DNA of 64,000 nucleotides from an uncultured Alphaproteobacteria bacterium (GTDB lineage Bacteria > Pseudomonadota > Alphaproteobacteria > Rhizobiales > Xanthobacteraceae), in NCBI GenBank assembly GCA_963732085.1, contig CAVSYJ010000011.1, forward strand, positions 95,411-159,410. The letters run 5' to 3'. This document shows positions 31,732 through 41,157 of the stretch, in pieces. Below the pieces are notes generated by a model. That model did not search any database, was not told the DNA's origin, and was given only the letters and a program-made list of their open reading frames with translations. The position numbers and the translations under genes are program-made. Numbering within the stretch: the stretch's first letter is position 1; the number at the start of each line of letters is the position of its first letter.

Positions 31732-31780
31732 AGCCTGAGGGTGGATCGCGCGAATTCTTGCGGCTTCAGACGGAACCGAC

Positions 31781-32293
31781 CTACTCCCCATACCTCCACG
31801 GCTTCCCGCCGCCACCACTCTCATCGATGGTCCATTGCGGCAGCGCCAGCCCCGGCGCGACGTCGGTGAACACCATGCGCACGCGACTGCCGATGCCGAC
31901 CCGCTCGACCTCGCTCTTCGGCGCGAGCACGCCGTCCGGCCGCACCAGATTGCCGATCACGCGAAGGCCCTCCTCCTTCGTCGGCTTGCCGCTCTGGGTG
32001 TCCAGCTCGACCAGCAGCACGAGATAGGGCGTGAACGGCTTGAATGCCGGCTGAATGGCGTGGTGGACCTCGGTGTAGGAATGCACGGTGCCGCGGCCCT
32101 CGACCGACACCCATTCCGATTTCAACTCCGAGCACCACGGGCACGCGGTGGTCGGCGGATAGCGGAACAGCTTGCACGCGGCGCAGCGCTGCAGGCGGAA
32201 GTCGTGCTTCGCACAGAAGGCGAAGTAATCGAGATTCTCGTGGTCGAGATCGTTGATCTCGAGCGGCATGCCGAGATATTGCGCGGATATCAT
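31781..32293 (-). CDS. DUF35 Zn-ribbon/OB-fold protein
   Basis: LQRCAAC...CPWC, GRGTVHSYT, LVELD, IGSRV. Confidence 0.92.
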   Translation of the reverse strand: MISAQYLGMPLEINDLDHENLDYFAFCAKHDFRLQRCAACKLFRYPPTTACPWCSELKSEWVSVEGRGTVHSYTEVHHAIQPAFKPFTPYLVLLVELDTQSGKPTKEEGLRVIGNLVRPDGVLAPKSEVERVGIGSRVRMVFTDVAPGLALPQWTIDESGGGGKPWRYGE

Positions 32294-32308
32294 TTGTCTC
32301 GTTCTCCC

Positions 32309-33569
32309 CTACCCGCGCCGCATCACCATGGCCGATCCCGTGCCGGGCATCGCCCAGCCGAGATTGGCCGAGACCTCGGCGTTCTTCACCTGGCGGCAGC
32401 CGCCCTCGCGATGATCGAAGGTATGCTGGCGCTTGCCGTCGGGCCCGATCGGGCAGCTGTCGTCGGCATCGTGGCTGAGCTGGCGGACGTTTTCGATCAC
32501 CATGGCGATGCCGTGGGTGTAGCCCTCACAGAGATGGCCGCCGGACGTGTTGTTCGGCCGCTTTCCGCCGAGCATGATGGTGCCGTCGGAGACGTAATGG
32601 CCGCCGTCGCCCTTCTTGCAGAAACCGTAGTCCTCGAGCTGCAGCATGGTGGTGAAAGTGAAGGCGTCGTAGGAGCCCGTGAGGTCGACGTCCTCAGGAC
32701 CGACGCCGGAATTCGGCCAGAGGATGTCCCGGGCGTAGTGGCCGGCGACGGTGGAGATCGGCCCGGTCTGGTAGTGCATATCGGCCCGCGGCTTCGAACA
32801 GCGGCCCACCACGCCACGGATACGCACCATCGGCTGCTTCAGGTCTTTCGCCCGCTCCGCCGTGGTCACGATGATGGCGTTGGCATTGTCGGTCTCGACG
32901 CAGCAGTCGAGCAGGTGCAGCGGTTTGCAGATCATGCGGCTGTTGACGACATCGTCCACCGTGAGGCGCTTCTTGTAAAAGGCCTTCGGATTGTTCGAGG
33001 CGTGATGAGCAGTGAGCCACGCGGACATGGGCGACCTGCTCGGCTGTGGTGCCGTAATCGTGCATGTGCCGCATGAAGGTCGGCGCGAACATTTGCCCCG
33101 CGCTCTGCCAGCCATAGGCGCGGCTGTGCAGCATGTCGCCCGAGACGGGTACCGCCGAGCGCACGCCGGTGCCGCCGATCCGCACCTGCGAGAAGCCGTT
33201 CATCGAGCGGAAGATCACCACCGTCTTGCACATGCCGGCCTCGATCACGCCGATCGCAATTCCGACCAGCGCCTCGGTCGACGATCCCCCGCCGAACACG
33301 TCCATGTAGAAATTCAGCCGAATGCCGAGGTCGCCGGCGATGAACGGCGAGAACGTCGAGTCGTTGAATTGATACGACAGCATGCCGTCGATCTCCGAGG
33401 CCTCGAGCCCCGCGTCGCGCATGGCGTTGCGCACCGCGATGGTCGCCAGCGCCCGCGTCGATTTGTCCGAGCCGCGGGTGTAGGTGGTCTCGCCCACGCC
33501 GACGATGGCGTATTTGTCGCGCAGGAATTTCGGCGTGGTGGCGTCGACGTTGTCTCTGGGCAGCGGCAT
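32309..33569 (-). CDS. Thiolase-superfamily protein (Ltp2/SCP-x-like), frameshift near 33010
   Basis: AIVGVGET, SRMICKPLHLLDCCVETD, YDAFT, NTSGGHLCEGYTHG. Confidence 0.88.
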
Positions 33570-33580
33570 CTCTTACCTCT

Positions 33581-33762
33581 CGTCTTTCCGGGGCGGCGCG
33601 CAGCGCCGAGCCCGGAATCCATAACCACATTTTCGTCATGGCCGGGCTTGTCCCGCCTGCGCGGCCGGAGCCGCTTCGGCGAGGCGAAGGCCCGGCCATC
33701 CACGTCTTTCTTGCTCGTTTGAAACGAAGACGTGGATGCCCGGCTCAAGGCCGGGCATGACG
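33581..33762. repeat. Cluster of CGTC-type repeats: half element plus family B copy with nested hairpin
   Basis: cgtctttccgggg...cccggaatccat, then cgtcatggccgggcttgtcccg...cccggccatccacgtc...gacgtggatgcccgg...ccgggcatgacg. Confidence 0.85.
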
Positions 33763-33786
33763 AGCTGATAGATTTTCCGGCGGCCC

Positions 33787-35007
33787 TCAGTTCATCTTGT
33801 AATCATCGGTCAGGATCGACCCGAACAGCACCCAGCGCTGGCCGTCGAACTTCATCATCTGGAACTGCTTGTTGATGCGCCAGTCGTCCGGCGTGGTCGA
33901 GACCGACATGCCCGGCAGCGCGAGGTCGGCGGTGTAGCCCTTGATGTTGGTGACCTGCTTCATCAGATTTTCGCGGGTGAGATCGTCACCGGCCTGCTGG
34001 AGCACCTGGATCAGCAGGGCCGCGGTCGAGTAGCCGTAGGTCGCGATGCCGCTGTTGACGTCCTCGCTCGGCGCATATTTCGCCATGAACGCCTTGTAGC
34101 GCTTCATGCCATCGTCATTGTCCCATTGCGGGTCGAGCGGGTCCTTGCCGTAGTTGACGGAAATGATGTCCTTGGCGTTGTCGAGGCCCGCCGGCACCAG
34201 GGTCTGGCTCACCGGCGTCGCGTTGATGTCGAGGATCTGCACCGGCTTCCAGCCGAGCTCCGCGGCCTTCTTGATCGCCTGCGCGCCGAATTTCGGCGTG
34301 GTGATGTTGTAGAAGAGATCGGCGCCGGACGATTTCAGCTTCACCATCTGCGAATCGACCGTCGGATCGGTCAATTCGTAGGACGCCTCCGACACAATCA
34401 TGCTCGCCTTGGCGCCGAGCGCGTCCTTCAGTCCCTTGACGTAGTCCTTTCCGAGATCGTCGTTCTGATAGAGGATCGCGATCTTCGCGTTCGGATAGTT
34501 GGCGAGAATGAACTTGGCGTAGATGTGCCCCTCCGCCTGGTAATTGGGGTTGAACGCGATTGTCCACGGGAAATTCTTCGGATCGGTGAAACGCGTCGCG
34601 CCGGTCGAGGCGAGCAACTGCGGCACCTTCTTGTCGTTGAGATATTTCTGGACCGCGGCGTTCGGCGGCGTACCGATGATCTGGAAGGTGGTCAGCACCT
34701 CGTCGCTTTCGACGAGCTTGCGCACCTGCTCGACCGTCTTCGGCGGGCTGTAACCGTCATCGTACTGGATCAGGTTGATCTTGCGTCCGCCGATGCCGCC
34801 CTGCTCGTTGATCATGCGCAGATACGCGGCCTGCACCCGCCCGATGCCGCCATAGGCCGACGCCGGTCCGCTGAGCGGAATGGTCTGGCCGATCTTGATC
34901 TCGGTATCGGTCGCGCCGGTGTCGTATTTCTTCTGCGCCAGCGCGGGCGCCGCAACCATCGCGCCGAGCATCACCACGGCAGCCGCCGTCGACCTGAACA
35001 AAACCAT
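33787..35007 (-). CDS. Orphan ABC substrate-binding protein (LivJ-like superfamily)
   Basis: AQKKYDTGATDTEIKIGQ, PLSGPASAY, DDGYSPPKT, YQNDDLGKD. Confidence 0.92.
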   Translation of the reverse strand: MVLFRSTAAAVVMLGAMVAAPALAQKKYDTGATDTEIKIGQTIPLSGPASAYGGIGRVQAAYLRMINEQGGIGGRKINLIQYDDGYSPPKTVEQVRKLVESDEVLTTFQIIGTPPNAAVQKYLNDKKVPQLLASTGATRFTDPKNFPWTIAFNPNYQAEGHIYAKFILANYPNAKIAILYQNDDLGKDYVKGLKDALGAKASMIVSEASYELTDPTVDSQMVKLKSSGADLFYNITTPKFGAQAIKKAAELGWKPVQILDINATPVSQTLVPAGLDNAKDIISVNYGKDPLDPQWDNDDGMKRYKAFMAKYAPSEDVNSGIATYGYSTAALLIQVLQQAGDDLTRENLMKQVTNIKGYTADLALPGMSVSTTPDDWRINKQFQMMKFDGQRWVLFGSILTDDYKMN

Positions 35008-35278
35008 GCTTTCCTCCCGGAATATGACGCGATGCTCCGCCGCGCCGTTGTTTGGTCAACCTATAGCGTGTTTTGCCCGACGGGCAAAACAGTTGACCTC
35101 TGCACGACCTGCTCCGCGGCCCCTGACGGGCAAAATGCCGCAAAATTTCGTTGCGCGAAAAATCGGATTTGCCGAATGATCCATGAAGCTCGGACGCGAA
35201 ATCGCGCCGCGGGAACAGCGGAGCAGGTGTTTGAAATTTGAATGTTCGATGAGCGGCACGCAGGCGACTCGCCCGCTC

Positions 35279-36352
35279 TCACTCCACCTTCGCGACCACC
35301 GCGAGCTTGCGGATGCCCTGGTTGTGATAGGCGTTCAGGAACGCGTTGTAGTCGCGGAAGGAGACGCAGCCATTGGACGCGCCGCTCCCGCCCAGCATGA
35401 AGGTGTGCGCGAGCAGGCCGTCGCGGCCGAAGATCGCCTCCTCGCCGCCGATCGGCGTCAGCCGCAGCGCGGCCACGCCATGAAACAGCGATTCACGCGG
35501 CTTCAGCATGTAGATGTGCGGCGGCGTCACGCCGCGCATGCGGATTTTCTGCGAGCGCGGGTCGTCCATGTTGTCGCCGAGGCCGGAATGCGCTTCCAGC
35601 TTGCTGCCGTCGGGCAGGTACACGGTGTGCGCGGTGATGTCATAGACCGCGGTTTCGCGATCGTAAGGCGCGGAGCCGCCCATCGCCGGGTTCTGCTCGC
35701 GGCCGATGCTGCCGGTGACGGCGCTGGCGTCGGCGGAAGCGTAAGACAACAGCGAGTGCGAGGGCTCCTTGCCCCACAGCTTCTCGACGATCGATTGCTT
35801 CTCGTTCGAGGCGATCGACATCACGGCCGCCTTGGCGCGCTGCGCCATATCGTGCAGCTTCGAAGGCTTCGTCTCCGCCGTACGCGGCGGCGGTGCGGGC
35901 ACGGCGGGTGGCGGCACATTCAATGCGAGCTGCGCGGGAGCGGCGTCCCTGGTCTTCGGCGCTTCCGCAAGCTTCGGTGCTTCAACTGGTGCCGCGCTTG
36001 CCGCATTCGAAGCGACGCTCGTGGGCTGCGCGGCCGAAAACCGTTCGTTAAACATATCCGGAGTTATCGCGGCGACGACGGCCGGCAGCTTGGGTAACGC
36101 GGCGAAAGTCTCGTGAATGACCTGCACGGTGGAACGTTCGGCGACGTTCGTCCTGCGGACAACAGCCTCGACGTGGTCGGCATTGCCGATGGTCGGATAG
36201 GCGCTGGCGTTGATGATGTTGCTGTAGACGGTCCAGCCGCAGCCGATCACCAGACACGCGACGGCGGCCCCGCCAAACAGCGTGTGGGAAACGGCCTTAC
36301 CTGGAGATTTTCTGCGGTGACGCCCCGCTAACGCAACGCTACTCGTACTCAT
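35279..36352 (-). CDS. DUF2778 (Tlde1-like) domain protein with N-terminal TM and Ala/Pro linker
   Basis: TAVYDITAHTVYLPDG, LEAHSGLG, GVTPPHIY, GRDGLLAHTFML...SNGCVS. Confidence 0.88.
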   Translation of the reverse strand: MSTSSVALAGRHRRKSPGKAVSHTLFGGAAVACLVIGCGWTVYSNIINASAYPTIGNADHVEAVVRRTNVAERSTVQVIHETFAALPKLPAVVAAITPDMFNERFSAAQPTSVASNAASAAPVEAPKLAEAPKTRDAAPAQLALNVPPPAVPAPPPRTAETKPSKLHDMAQRAKAAVMSIASNEKQSIVEKLWGKEPSHSLLSYASADASAVTGSIGREQNPAMGGSAPYDRETAVYDITAHTVYLPDGSKLEAHSGLGDNMDDPRSQKIRMRGVTPPHIYMLKPRESLFHGVAALRLTPIGGEEAIFGRDGLLAHTFMLGGSGASNGCVSFRDYNAFLNAYHNQGIRKLAVVAKVE

Positions 36353-36453
36353 TCACTCGCGCCCAGGACGATTCCACTTTGTTCCTCGCGATGCGGCTCA
36401 ATTTTCGTTGCGCTGCATCGCAGAGAGGCGGGCCGTCATTAAGGCGACTTTTC

Positions 36454-36469
36454 GTTAAATGCGTATTAA
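36454..36469 (-). promoter_or_regulatory. CtrA box
   Basis: Minus strand TTAA-tacgcat-TTAAC, perfect consensus, about 100 bp upstream of the DUF2778 gene. Confidence 0.7.
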
Positions 36470-36557
36470 GTGCCGGCAGATGTAAGGCGTGCCCTAATGC
36501 GGTCTCATTTCGGTACAAATCGTTCCGGGGTTTTGCGGGGTTCGTTGCTCTTGGAAT

Positions 36558-38066
36558 TTACGGCAAAAGCTCCGGCGGCGGCGAGCGGTCGAACACGTCG
36601 CCCTTGGGTCCACTCAACAGCGTGATGGTGTAGGTTTCGATCGTCAGCGGGCCGCGCTTGCGCGGCAGCTCCGCAACCTCCTCGATGGCGCCGAACATGT
36701 CCTTGAAGAAAAGTTGCGCGCGCGGCTTGACCTCATCGACATAGAGCAACGGACCGGCGAGCTGCGCCGCGTCGGGCTCGGGCATGTTGACCCAGCGGAT
36801 GCGCTGGCTCTGCTGCGCCACGCAAATTCCTGGCGGCAGATAGAACGCGAGCCAGCTCGTGGTGCCGTAGTCCGGTGCGAGCACGCAAGATGCGCCGGTG
36901 CGTTTGCGGATGGCCTCGATCTCGCAGGCCAACTCGCGCCAGCCGACGCCGACGCTGCGCACGGTGGCATCGCGCCGATAGAACGAGAGCCATCCGGTGT
37001 CGGCCTGCACGATCAACAGCGCGAACATCACGATGCCGGTCGGCGCCGCCCAGCGCAGGCAGACATCAACGACGCGCCGCCAGCGTCCCTCCCAGCGCAC
37101 CAGATGAGCGGCCACCGCGGCCGCGACCATGAAGGCCGGATAGATCGGCGCAAACCAGTTCGCTTCGACCCGCGCGTGCAGCGCGTGCCAGACGAAATAA
37201 GCGGTGATGGTCCAGAACATCGCGTTGACGAGCGCGCGGGCGGACAGCGCTCCGGTCTTGAGACGGGCCAGCGCATGCAGGCCCATGGCACCGAGGATGA
37301 AAACCAGCGGCGTCGCGAAGCCGATCTGCGCCGGCACCAGTTCGAGCAGATAGGACGGGCGGAAATCCTCGACCCTGGCGCGGCCGCTGATCTGCTTGAG
37401 GAACGAGACCCAGTGGTGCTCGGCGTTCCAGATCAGGACCGGCGAGAAAATCGCAAACGCAACGAGCCCGCCGAGATAGGGCCATGGCGTGAGCAACCAG
37501 CGCCGCGGCTTCGGCGCAAACAGGAGCCAGATCAGGATCGCGGGTCCGAAGAACAGCGCGCTGTATTTCGACAGCAGCGCGCATCCGACCGCCGCGCCCA
37601 CGCCAAGCCACCACACCCCTCGCCCGCTCTCCAGCACCTTGGCGAGCGCAAGCAGCACGAAGCTCGCCGCGACCAGGAGCGGCGAGTCCGGCGTCACGAT
37701 CAGCGTGCCGACTGCTGCCATCAGCGTGACGTTGAGCAGGATGGCAGCCGTCGCGGCTATCCGCACGCCGCCGAACAGAATCGCAGCCGAGCGATACACG
37801 GCATAGCTCATCGGCAGCGCCAGCAGGATCGAGACCAGCCGCACGCCGAACGCGGTGTCGCCCGCGATCAGCGTGCCGGCGCGGATCACCAGCGCGACCA
37901 TCGGCGGATGGTCGTAATAGCCGCCGGCCAGCGCCTTCGACCACGTCCAGTAATAGGCTTCGTCGAAGGTCAGCGGCGTGAAGGCGGCCGCGACCAGCCG
38001 CAGCACCACAAGTGCTGCGATCGTCAGCCAGGTATTGCGGACGAGAGTCGAGTCGGAAGGGCTCAT
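36558..38066 (-). CDS. GT-C fold glycosyltransferase (ArnT/PMT-2 like)
   Basis: DEAYYW, GYYDHPP, TPDSPL, LLSKY, many TM helices. Confidence 0.92.
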   Translation of the reverse strand: MSPSDSTLVRNTWLTIAALVVLRLVAAAFTPLTFDEAYYWTWSKALAGGYYDHPPMVALVIRAGTLIAGDTAFGVRLVSILLALPMSYAVYRSAAILFGGVRIAATAAILLNVTLMAAVGTLIVTPDSPLLVAASFVLLALAKVLESGRGVWWLGVGAAVGCALLSKYSALFFGPAILIWLLFAPKPRRWLLTPWPYLGGLVAFAIFSPVLIWNAEHHWVSFLKQISGRARVEDFRPSYLLELVPAQIGFATPLVFILGAMGLHALARLKTGALSARALVNAMFWTITAYFVWHALHARVEANWFAPIYPAFMVAAAVAAHLVRWEGRWRRVVDVCLRWAAPTGIVMFALLIVQADTGWLSFYRRDATVRSVGVGWRELACEIEAIRKRTGASCVLAPDYGTTSWLAFYLPPGICVAQQSQRIRWVNMPEPDAAQLAGPLLYVDEVKPRAQLFFKDMFGAIEEVAELPRKRGPLTIETYTITLLSGPKGDVFDRSPPPELLP

Positions 38067-38073
38067 CGAGCGC

Positions 38074-39207
38074 TTACCGCTTGCGCCAGACGAACAGACC
38101 CGACATCGCGTAGTTCCAGACCACGCCCATCAGCGCGCCGGCTGCGCCCGCGAGCCACCAGATCGGCTCCTGGTCGTAGACCGAGAAGGCGACGCCGACA
38201 TTGGCGAACAGGCCGACACTGCAAACGAGGTAGAAGGCGAGCAGCCCGCGCAGGATGCCAAAGCCCTTCAGCCGCTGGTCGCGATAGGTCAGGAAGTTGT
38301 TGAGGATGAAATTGGTCGTCATGGCGACGAAGGCGCCGAGCCCCTGCGCTTCGGCAAACGGCAGTTCGAACGCGGTCAGGCCGAGGAACAGCGTGCCGAG
38401 ATGGACGAACAAACCGGTGCCGCCGACCATCGCGAACATCAGGAAGCGCAGCGTCACCACGTCGTTGGTGAATTTCGCCAGCACCAGGCCGAGGAAATCC
38501 AGCGCCACCATGGAGTCGAGCTTGCTCTCGCCGTGCAGCCGCGAGCCGAAGGTGAAGGGCACCTCCACCGTCCTGAGCTTGCCTTCGGCGGTGGCGACGA
38601 TATCGAGCAGGATCTTGAAGCCTTGCGTCGAGAGCTGTGGCGCCAATTGCTCAAAGCGATCCGCACGGATCATGAAGAAGCCGCTCATGGGATCGGCGAT
38701 GGAAACGCCGAGCACGCGTTTAGCAATGGAGGTCGCAAAAGTGCTGGCGCCTGCCCTGCTCTTGTTGAAACTGTCGGCGCTGCCGCCCTCGATGTAGCGG
38801 CTGCCGACCACGAGTTCGGCCTGCCCGCTCTGCAACAGGGAAAGCATCTTCGGCAACTGCGTTTCGTCATGCTGCAGGTCGGCGTCCATCACCGCTGCAT
38901 AGGGCGCGCTGGAGGCGAGGATGCCCTCGATGCAGGCGCCCGAGAGGCCGCGACGGCCGATGCGGCGGATGCAGCGGACACGGGCGTCCTGTTGCGCGAG
39001 ACCGCGCACCACGTCCCAGGTGCCATCGGGGGAATTGTCATCGACGAAGATCACTTCCCAGGCGATGCCGGCAAGCGCGGCCTCGAGCTTGCGATAAAGC
39101 TTGGGCACATTGTCGCGCTCGTTGAAGGTGGGGACGACGACCGAAAGCGCCGGCAGGTCGGCGCTTGCCTGCGCAGCTTCGGAGCCCGGTCTGATGGCTT
39201 CATTCAT
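38074..39207 (-). CDS. GT2 polyprenol-phosphate glycosyltransferase fused to a GtrA-like domain
   Basis: VVPTFNE, VDDNSPDGT, MDADLQH, DPMSGFF, GESKL; C-terminal four TM helices with NFILNNFLTY. Confidence 0.92.
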   Translation of the reverse strand: MNEAIRPGSEAAQASADLPALSVVVPTFNERDNVPKLYRKLEAALAGIAWEVIFVDDNSPDGTWDVVRGLAQQDARVRCIRRIGRRGLSGACIEGILASSAPYAAVMDADLQHDETQLPKMLSLLQSGQAELVVGSRYIEGGSADSFNKSRAGASTFATSIAKRVLGVSIADPMSGFFMIRADRFEQLAPQLSTQGFKILLDIVATAEGKLRTVEVPFTFGSRLHGESKLDSMVALDFLGLVLAKFTNDVVTLRFLMFAMVGGTGLFVHLGTLFLGLTAFELPFAEAQGLGAFVAMTTNFILNNFLTYRDQRLKGFGILRGLLAFYLVCSVGLFANVGVAFSVYDQEPIWWLAGAAGALMGVVWNYAMSGLFVWRKR

Positions 39208-39451
39208 GCGCGAAGCGTATATCCGCCGCTTCCCGCCATGCCAAGTCGCCGGGAACTACGGAGCGACGAGCCAAAGGCTCCAAAACAGCGGAAAACGGCC
39301 CAAAAATGCCAACGACCACGAACAACAGGCGCGCGTACATCCGGCGCTGCCTACTATTGCGTGGTCGTCCCGGCGACGGAGCTTTGAAGCATCAACATCG
39401 CCTTGATATCTCACATAGGAACCGCGGACGCGCTCCGCAAGGGGCAATCGG

Positions 39452-39652
39452 CTAATTCGGGACCTCCTTGATGACCGGCCCCCTGGGCGCGGCAGGACCC
39501 GCGGGTGCGGCCGCTGGAGCCGTCGACGTGGCCGCGGCAGGCGCCCTGGATGGCTTGCCGAACTGTCCGATCGGCCCATAGATCACGGCCATGACAAGCA
39601 CGACCGCCGCAACGATCCAGCCGAAGATACCCGCCACCGACTCCGACGTCAT
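39452..39652 (-). CDS. Small single-TM protein with Ala/Pro-rich tail
   Basis: 66 aa; hydrophobic GIFGWIVAAVVLVMAVIYG then an A/P-rich segment. Confidence 0.65.
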   Translation of the reverse strand: MTSESVAGIFGWIVAAVVLVMAVIYGPIGQFGKPSRAPAAATSTAPAAAPAGPAAPRGPVIKEVPN

Positions 39653-39748
39653 ATCGATTGACCCTTAGACTGCGCCCCGATCGGATGGATATCACGGAAG
39701 CGCGGGCGACGGAAATAGTTCACAACCGCGGCACCCTCGCCGACGACG

Positions 39749-40102
39749 CTAATTCGAACCCTTGCGATGGACAAAGGCGGTGACGATGTCCTTTTGCGCA
39801 AGCTCGATGGCGCGGTTCGCCGTCGTCAGGTGCGCGCCTGGCTCGGTATCCGGAAATTGCATCGACAGATAGTCCATCAGCGTCACCCGGAAATTCTGTC
39901 GCTCGGAGGGACAGACGCTGGCGATATCGGCGGTAAAATCCTGTGCCGACATCCTCTTCGTGCCGTCGCTCTGGTATTCGCGCGCAAGGCAGTTCCAGTA
40001 GGAATCGCGGCCCTGCAGCGCGAGCTTGTGGGCATCCCCGAGTTCGTCGGCGAGCGCGCCGGAGGCGACAAGTGTCAGCGCCAGAGCAATGAAGGTGCGC
40101 AT
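39749..40102 (-). CDS. Exported hypothetical protein
   Basis: Signal peptide MRTFIALALTLVASGALA, two Cys, AGGAG RBS. Confidence 0.75.
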   Translation of the reverse strand: MRTFIALALTLVASGALADELGDAHKLALQGRDSYWNCLAREYQSDGTKRMSAQDFTADIASVCPSERQNFRVTLMDYLSMQFPDTEPGAHLTTANRAIELAQKDIVTAFVHRKGSN

Positions 40103-40275
40103 CCTGATCTCCTGTTTGGACCGCAAATCTAGCCCGGAAAGGGCGGTGGCGTAACTCCTTGGCGTTATGGCCAATATGCGGCAGACGCGACCGCGGGATG
40201 TTCCAACCCGCGAACTGGCGTCGTGCTGCCGATTTGACTAGTCTTGGACCAAACGAAACGTGAGAGACCGATCGC

Positions 40276-41097
40276 GTGAGCAAAGCCCCCTCCTCTTCGA
40301 AAAAATCTGGTCAGATCCATATCGGCGTCGGCGGCTGGACCTTCGCGCCCTGGCGCGGCGTGTTCTATCCGGACAAGCTCACGCAGGCGAAGGAGCTGCA
40401 ATATGCCGCCTCCAAGCTGACCTCGATCGAGATCAACGGCACCTATTACGGCTCGCAGAAGCCGGAGAGCTTTCGCAAATGGGCGCGCGAGGTCCCCGAC
40501 GGCTTCGTGTTCTCGGTCAAGGGATCGCGCTTCACGACCAACCGCCGCGTGCTCGCGGAAGCCGGCGATTCCATCAAGCATTTCTACAACACCGGCGTGC
40601 TCGAGCTCGGCGACCGGCTCGGCCCCGTGCTCTGGCAGTTCGCGCCGACCAAGAAATTCGACGAAGCCGACTTCGGCAAGTTCCTGGAGCTGTTGCCGCG
40701 CAAGATGGACGGGCGCGTACTGCGCCATGTGGTCGAGGTCAGGCACCCCAGCTTCTGCGTGCCCGCCTTCATCGCGCTGCTCCGGCAATTCGAGACGCCG
40801 GTCGTGTTCGCCGAGCATGGCACCTATCCGGCCATATCCGACGTCGTCGGCGACTTCGTCTATGCGCGACTGCAGAAGGGCGATGACAATATCAAGACCT
40901 GCTATCCGCCGAAGCAGCTCGATGCCTGGGCCAAGCGTTTGCAACTCTGGGCCGACGGCGGCGAACCCGACGACCTCCCGCGCGTTGACACGCCGGCTGC
41001 GAAGAAAGCGCCGCGTGACGTGTTTGCCTACGTCATTCACGAGGGCAAGGTCCGCGCGCCCGCAGGCGCGATGGAGCTGATCGAGCGTGTAGCGTAG
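40276..41097 (+). CDS. DUF72 (YecE-like) protein
   Basis: IGVGGWTFAPWRGVFYP, IEINGTYY, FVFSVKGSRFTT, LGPVLWQFAP, EVRHPSF, YARLQ. Confidence 0.93.
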   Translation: MSKAPSSSKKSGQIHIGVGGWTFAPWRGVFYPDKLTQAKELQYAASKLTSIEINGTYYGSQKPESFRKWAREVPDGFVFSVKGSRFTTNRRVLAEAGDSIKHFYNTGVLELGDRLGPVLWQFAPTKKFDEADFGKFLELLPRKMDGRVLRHVVEVRHPSFCVPAFIALLRQFETPVVFAEHGTYPAISDVVGDFVYARLQKGDDNIKTCYPPKQLDAWAKRLQLWADGGEPDDLPRVDTPAAKKAPRDVFAYVIHEGKVRAPAGAMELIERVA

Positions 41098-41146
41098 CGT
41101 TTTCGAGCGAAGTGGGCACCGGTTCGCGTGAAGAAAACGCGTCAAA
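41095..41146. repeat. Short rhizobial intergenic repeat
   Basis: tagcgttttcgagcgaagtgggcaccggttcgcgtgaagaaaacgcgtcaaa, with gcgttttc/gaaaacgc arms; begins at the DUF72 stop. Confidence 0.65.
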
Positions 41147-41157
41147 GAGAAAGAGCA

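Noticed and set aside
30418-36557. Genomic island integrated at the groEL 3' end
   Set aside because: No integrase, no duplicated groEL end, and most genes in the stretch have host-like composition.
39208-39420. Possible small membrane ORF or RNA upstream of the GT2-GtrA gene
   Set aside because: A short hydrophobic stretch (MYARLLFVVVGIF) exists, but no consistent frame, RBS or RNA fold supports a call.
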